Made by a program: the position numbers and the translations under genes. The notes under the pieces are model-generated. The model was given only the letters and a program-made list of their open reading frames with translations. It was not told the DNA's origin and did no database searches. Below, in pieces: positions 59,837 to 64,000 of a stretch of 64,000 nt of DNA (positions are counted from its first letter, which is position 1; the number at the start of each line of letters is the position of its first letter). Source of the DNA: a virus; IMG/VR virus record IMGVR_UViG_3300027987_000212, positions 1 through 64,000 of that record; one strand, given 5' to 3'.

Positions 59837-62037
59837 TACCCGTAGACCTCTACAGTTACCCCATGCCAGTACACTGGGTTAACCGAAGTATCGGTTCCGT
59901 CTGCCGCTGCACGTCCAATATGTATCTCGCACAGTTGCCCCGCACTCAGCCCAAATACGGTTACTGTCGTAGCGAACACCAAACGAGTAGACACTGAACC
60001 CGCGAAGAACCCATCGTTAGGTATCAGTACCTGTTGCAGCGTACCGTAACTTGTCTCCGCGGGGCGCCCAACTGCTTCCCATAGCACGTTACCCCCCGAA
60101 CCAACTCGACTAGCATGAATGAACACATTCACAAACTTAGCCCCCGTAGGGACAAGGAGCATAAACACACCAGCATTCGCCGTGGCGGGGTCCAACTCCC
60201 ATCGCTGCATCCTCGTATCATCTGCAACACCAAACGCAGGTACCGTAGTAGCAGCTACCGGACTAGCAGCATTAGGTGCATTTAAGGCAGTGACTGGCCA
60301 GTACACCTGCCTCTCCAGCAACTTGTACACACCCACACTACGCTTTGCAGAATCGTATATTGCAGAGTCAGTCTTGGTCACATCATAGATGCGGACAGAA
60401 TGAATATAGCCCGTAAAGGGTAAGTCAATGCCAGCCCTACGACCAACACATAGGGGAGACGTCGTACCACCTGTAGGAACGGTAGAAGTACCCTGATGTA
60501 CGCAAATACCATTGACGAAGAATCGAATATCAGTACCAGACCTAGTGACCGCTATGTGCTGCCAAACACCTGTAGTAATCACCCCCGCAGCCGTCGAAAT
60601 CAGAGCGTCTACGCCAGCACCTGACTCACTGACAAAGGTTAACCCTAGTGTAGTCAGAACTCTAAGCTCGTACAAGCAATTGTCTGCTTCTAGCTCACTG
60701 GCACCACTGCAAGAAAGCACGGCGGCTGTCGACCCAGGCGCACTCGGCAAGTAGACAACAGCTTCAATAGTCAGCTGCCCAGTTATCTGCAGGTCTACTG
60801 AAGTTACCAGCCCATAGTTCGTCCCAGCCTGGGTGGTGAACGCACTACTTCCTGGTATAGGCCCTGGAACGTACTGTGCGGTTGTGTTGAACGTCAAGTT
60901 GGGTCCTGGCGCCCCTAACCCATCACTAAAGAACCACTGGGCCACAGGGGTCGTCCCGCTGTCCCCCCGCGCATTCAACTGACGCGCCGTTCCAGCCCGA
61001 CCTAAGTTGTTGACTACCGCACTGCCCGACCAGTTAGTAAACGCAACCCCAGAAATCTCCGTAGGGCCATAGTAGTACAGGTGCATCTCTCCACCCGACC
61101 CTGTGGCAAAGTTCACCCCTACCTCAGCTAGGTCACCTGTAACGAGTACTTCCAGGGTAGTTCCTGCGGCATGGTACAACAACCTACTATCCCCAACACC
61201 CTCCGTAGAACTGAGCGTAGTGACGTTGTGAAATACTACAGCACTAGGTCCGTTAATACGCGTTAAGAAGTTGCCACCAGCGCGTCTGAACTGCACATCC
61301 TCTATACGTGCGACTAACTCTGAGTCAGTGAGGTCGAATACCCAGTCGTTGGTACTCGTAGTGACCACAGGTCTACGACCATCCAGTGACCTAGTGCGCA
61401 GAGGGTTAGTTACTGCCACGCTACCTGAAGTAGCCAAGGCGCTGAGCTCGGAAAACGCCAACGAAATACGGCTCTGCAAGTCTACATTGACTGTAATGGT
61501 GGCTGTACCCCCATTCTGACTCCCATCTATCACTAGCTCCGGGCATCCCGGTACTAACTGGACTGCAGCCACTGCCTCGCTCAACGATGTGTACACGTCC
61601 TTAGTAGCAGTTCCGCCAGGCTGCCACACCACCACTCTCTCGACACGACGGGGGTCCCCCGTAGTTGTCCACGTACCGCTGCCTCCGGAGGAAACACGGT
61701 GAACTGTCGTGGCGTCTCTTCCAGCTCGGAGCCGCTGAGATGCCTTGTTGTCAATTAGTCCAGCCCCACTTGCTGCCGTTAGTACTAGTACATTTGCCGC
61801 ATCCACTGATGCGCTGTCGATAACAGTTACGGCGTAGTACCCGTTGTCTCCTGGGTTGGGTAAGTCTACCGTACGTACGCCGGTACCGCTCACGATGATG
61901 AAGTCAGATACCTGGTCCCAGGTACCACTGCCAGCGAGAGTCTGAACCTTAGTACCCGGCACACTACGGAGACCCCAGCGAGTACCGTTCCAGTACTCTT
62001 GGTCGTGTATGCTTACGCCTTTGCCTTTGTACGTCAC
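59836..62037 (-). CDS. tail fibre/receptor-binding protein with LamG (ConA-like) domain
   Basis: LTIEAVVY...WQHIAVTR...FFVNG...LCVG...FTGYIHSVRIYD. Confidence 0.75.
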   Translation of the reverse strand: MTYKGKGVSIHDQEYWNGTRWGLRSVPGTKVQTLAGSGTWDQVSDFIIVSGTGVRTVDLPNPGDNGYYAVTVIDSASVDAANVLVLTAASGAGLIDNKASQRLRAGRDATTVHRVSSGGSGTWTTTGDPRRVERVVVWQPGGTATKDVYTSLSEAVAAVQLVPGCPELVIDGSQNGGTATITVNVDLQSRISLAFSELSALATSGSVAVTNPLRTRSLDGRRPVVTTSTNDWVFDLTDSELVARIEDVQFRRAGGNFLTRINGPSAVVFHNVTTLSSTEGVGDSRLLYHAAGTTLEVLVTGDLAEVGVNFATGSGGEMHLYYYGPTEISGVAFTNWSGSAVVNNLGRAGTARQLNARGDSGTTPVAQWFFSDGLGAPGPNLTFNTTAQYVPGPIPGSSAFTTQAGTNYGLVTSVDLQITGQLTIEAVVYLPSAPGSTAAVLSCSGASELEADNCLYELRVLTTLGLTFVSESGAGVDALISTAAGVITTGVWQHIAVTRSGTDIRFFVNGICVHQGTSTVPTGGTTSPLCVGRRAGIDLPFTGYIHSVRIYDVTKTDSAIYDSAKRSVGVYKLLERQVYWPVTALNAPNAASPVAATTVPAFGVADDTRMQRWELDPATANAGVFMLLVPTGAKFVNVFIHASRVGSGGNVLWEAVGRPAETSYGTLQQVLIPNDGFFAGSVSTRLVFATTVTVFGLSAGQLCEIHIGRAAADGTDTSVNPVYWHGVTVEVYG

Positions 62038-62038
62038 G

Positions 62039-62515
62039 TTAGGTTACCTTCCACTCAGTGCCGTTGTAGATTACCGACACAGCCGCGTAGGGCAGGTTCA
62101 CCGGATGTGTTGCAGACCCATCAACCGTGTTCCCGTTCCCATTGACCGTTATCGACTTGACGTTTGCATTCCCCGCGGAGTCTTTCACCGTGACTCTGCA
62201 CCCAACTTGAGGGCTAGCCGGTAGGGCGATTGCATCAGCGTCATTCCAGCTAGCGTGTGCGGTATTCACGAATACCGTGTTGTGCCCAATGCCTGGGTCG
62301 TCGGATGTCACTGCCACATTTGTGCTTTGAAGGTAGGGCACCTCATCCAGCCTTTCTTGAATCACCTGGTCCACGTCCCAAGGCGGCAGCGCTACTGCAG
62401 AGCCTCCGAGAATAGCCTCGGGGGCATCCACACCCGTGAAGTCATCTGTAGCACTAGTCCAGCTCACGTAAGCGCTGTTCGCTGCGTTGCGCGCCCGCAT
62501 TGCGTAAGTAGCCAC
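62039..62515 (-). CDS. small tail fibre-associated protein
   Basis: IALPASPQVGCRVTVKD...ITVNGNG.TVDG...VIYNGTEW module, like long-tail-fibre repeats. Confidence 0.7.
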   Translation of the reverse strand: MATYAMRARNAANSAYVSWTSATDDFTGVDAPEAILGGSAVALPPWDVDQVIQERLDEVPYLQSTNVAVTSDDPGIGHNTVFVNTAHASWNDADAIALPASPQVGCRVTVKDSAGNANVKSITVNGNGNTVDGSATHPVNLPYAAVSVIYNGTEWKVT

Positions 62516-62517
62516 CG

Positions 62518-63720
62518 TTACACCTGAAACCAGTCGATGATGAACTGCGCCTGCGAGCAGAATGCCCGGTTAGGGCTACCCGTAGTCTGTAGCCGAAGCT
62601 GCGCCTCGTACATATTAGCCCCCGCCGGCAGAGTCAGGTTGGCACTCTTCTGCGTAGGAATGGTCTCCGTGAACACCAGGTTGGAGCCAACCACCGCAGA
62701 TGCGGTAGTGATGTTGAACAACCGTATCTCCGCTGCGTCGGCCGCATCAGTCGTGTGGCAAATGGCTAAAAAGGGGACCAACCCGCCACTGTAGTTGAGT
62801 AGGTCGGAAGGGTTGAATGTAGCAGCACCAATTGCCGTCCACCCGGTGAGGTCCGTGTTCTGTACACCACCCACGATAGTACGCTCGTAGATGTTGTACT
62901 TGCCGCCTATGACCGACCATACATTGCTGCCACGATGCACGAGGTCCACGCTGCCGCCACCCAGCATCTTCAACGTGGACAAGGTATTGATGCTACCTCC
63001 CACGCCCGGCACAATGGTGAGAACTTGCGTATTGTCTTTCGGACCTAGCGCGCTCACTCGTTGCGTGTACCCAGCTGGAGGAGCCGTCGGCAAAGTCAAC
63101 TGCGCTACGCCAGCAATAGTAGGTAGGTCGACTATAGCGTGGGGCTTGGAAGTGACCGTCAGCGTGATGGGGGTAGTCGCGAATACCTGAAAGATGGAGT
63201 AGTCGTACTGACGGAAGAACTGCTCGAGCTGCCCCGAGACCCCATCACCGGCCCACCCACGTGGGTTGACCCCATAGTTCTGCTCGTCTGGTTTGTACGG
63301 CCGAGGGTCCTCTGTGATGATTCCTGGCAATGCCACCGGCAGTGGGTCTGGGTTCTTCTGGTAAGGCGGACGCACGAACCCGTGACGGTCGGGAATACCG
63401 AACACCCTAATGTCCCTATCCAACGTGCCGCCGGCATCACGTACTTCCAGCATGCACCGATAACTGCCGGCCACGTCGACAGCCATACTGTGCGTCGGGG
63501 AGTTGTCGGATGCTTCTGCAAGTACCTGTGGCTGTGCCCCGAGTGCGTACAACGCGCTATCTGGAGGGGCGTCCAGCAGGTAAATTTTCCAAGATGCGAC
63601 ATCAGTGTTGTTGCCGTTGGTGATGGTGACGCTACCATCCGTCAGGGTACCCAGTACGGCTATGCCTGCCGCGGCGGTATTCGGCCCCTGCGTGAACTTG
63701 ATGAGTGCGGTTGCTGCCAT
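62518..63720 (-). CDS. tail fibre-associated structural protein
   Basis: 400 aa; TLPTAPPAGYTQRV...TIVP...SVDLV...W module. Confidence 0.7.
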   Translation of the reverse strand: MAATALIKFTQGPNTAAAGIAVLGTLTDGSVTITNGNNTDVASWKIYLLDAPPDSALYALGAQPQVLAEASDNSPTHSMAVDVAGSYRCMLEVRDAGGTLDRDIRVFGIPDRHGFVRPPYQKNPDPLPVALPGIITEDPRPYKPDEQNYGVNPRGWAGDGVSGQLEQFFRQYDYSIFQVFATTPITLTVTSKPHAIVDLPTIAGVAQLTLPTAPPAGYTQRVSALGPKDNTQVLTIVPGVGGSINTLSTLKMLGGGSVDLVHRGSNVWSVIGGKYNIYERTIVGGVQNTDLTGWTAIGAATFNPSDLLNYSGGLVPFLAICHTTDAADAAEIRLFNITTASAVVGSNLVFTETIPTQKSANLTLPAGANMYEAQLRLQTTGSPNRAFCSQAQFIIDWFQV

Positions 63721-63754
63721 TGACTACCTGCCTGCTGTCTCGTAAGGTCTGACG

Positions 63755-64000
63755 ATGCCTGTGTTCAAAGAGATGGACCCGGAAGTACTACGTCGACTAG
63801 TCGAAGGGTACGAAGACGTCCTGACTGGGGAAGCAGCAGGTAACGATGCCTTCTACAGAACGTTCCGCTGCCCCCGTGGGTGCGGGCCACTTCAGAAAGA
63901 GTTCGATACCCGGCACACATTCAGCGACCCCGATACGCTCACGCCACGAGCACTGCTCCGCTGCGGGCAATGCGGCTATCTCGTCGAACCACACACCAAC
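63755..64000 (+). CDS. Zn-ribbon protein, 3'-truncated at window edge
   Basis: MPVFKEMDPEVLRRLVEGYE...FRCPRGCG...LRCGQCGY, open to base 64000. Confidence 0.7.
   Translation, partial: MPVFKEMDPEVLRRLVEGYEDVLTGEAAGNDAFYRTFRCPRGCGPLQKEFDTRHTFSDPDTLTPRALLRCGQCGYLVEPHTN

Noticed and set aside
1-64000. Stop-codon reassignment (TAG or TGA read-through)
   Set aside because: Long conserved genes are intact in the standard code, and TAG, TGA and TAA all end genes at tight junctions

Overview
A 64-kb segment of a large tailed dsDNA phage genome (about 60% G+C by eye). Its own multi-subunit-type RNA polymerase suggests a jumbo/huge phage. A myxobacteria-like host is a guess based on an SspB-like gene. 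There are four blocks. (1) 1-10.6 kb, + strand: small accessory/host-takeover genes, including seven paralogues of one unknown family, an SspB-like ClpXP adaptor, two XRE HTH proteins and Zn-finger proteins. (2) 10.6-32.3 kb, - strand: a head/virion block with the portal, several proteins full of K-x-A motifs and glycine zippers, a single-gene fused beta-beta' RNA polymerase (2168 aa), a baseplate spike-like protein and a GNAT. It is interrupted by a divergent + strand cassette ending in a MoxR ATPase and a peptidase-VWA gene. (3) 32.4-49.0 kb, + strand: replication/recombination genes (SF2 helicase, family-4 UDG, DnaB, DnaG, SSB-like protein, PolA, RecA, resolvases, Cas4-like nuclease), several with prion-like tails, ending in a Pro-Gly-Tyr repeat protein with an apparent programmed -1 frameshift. 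(4) 49.0-63.7 kb, - strand: a lysis-like cassette and tail fibre/baseplate genes. The strongest unexpected signals are a K-x-A/G motif that seems to divide head proteins into polyprotein-like cassettes, the -1 frameshift adding a Rho-N/HeH-like domain, two candidate phage promoter motifs paired in divergent intergenic regions, and no GATC found in a manual read of 64 kb. No tRNA, CRISPR array, integrase or intein was seen. All assignments come from motif recognition by eye; no searches were run.
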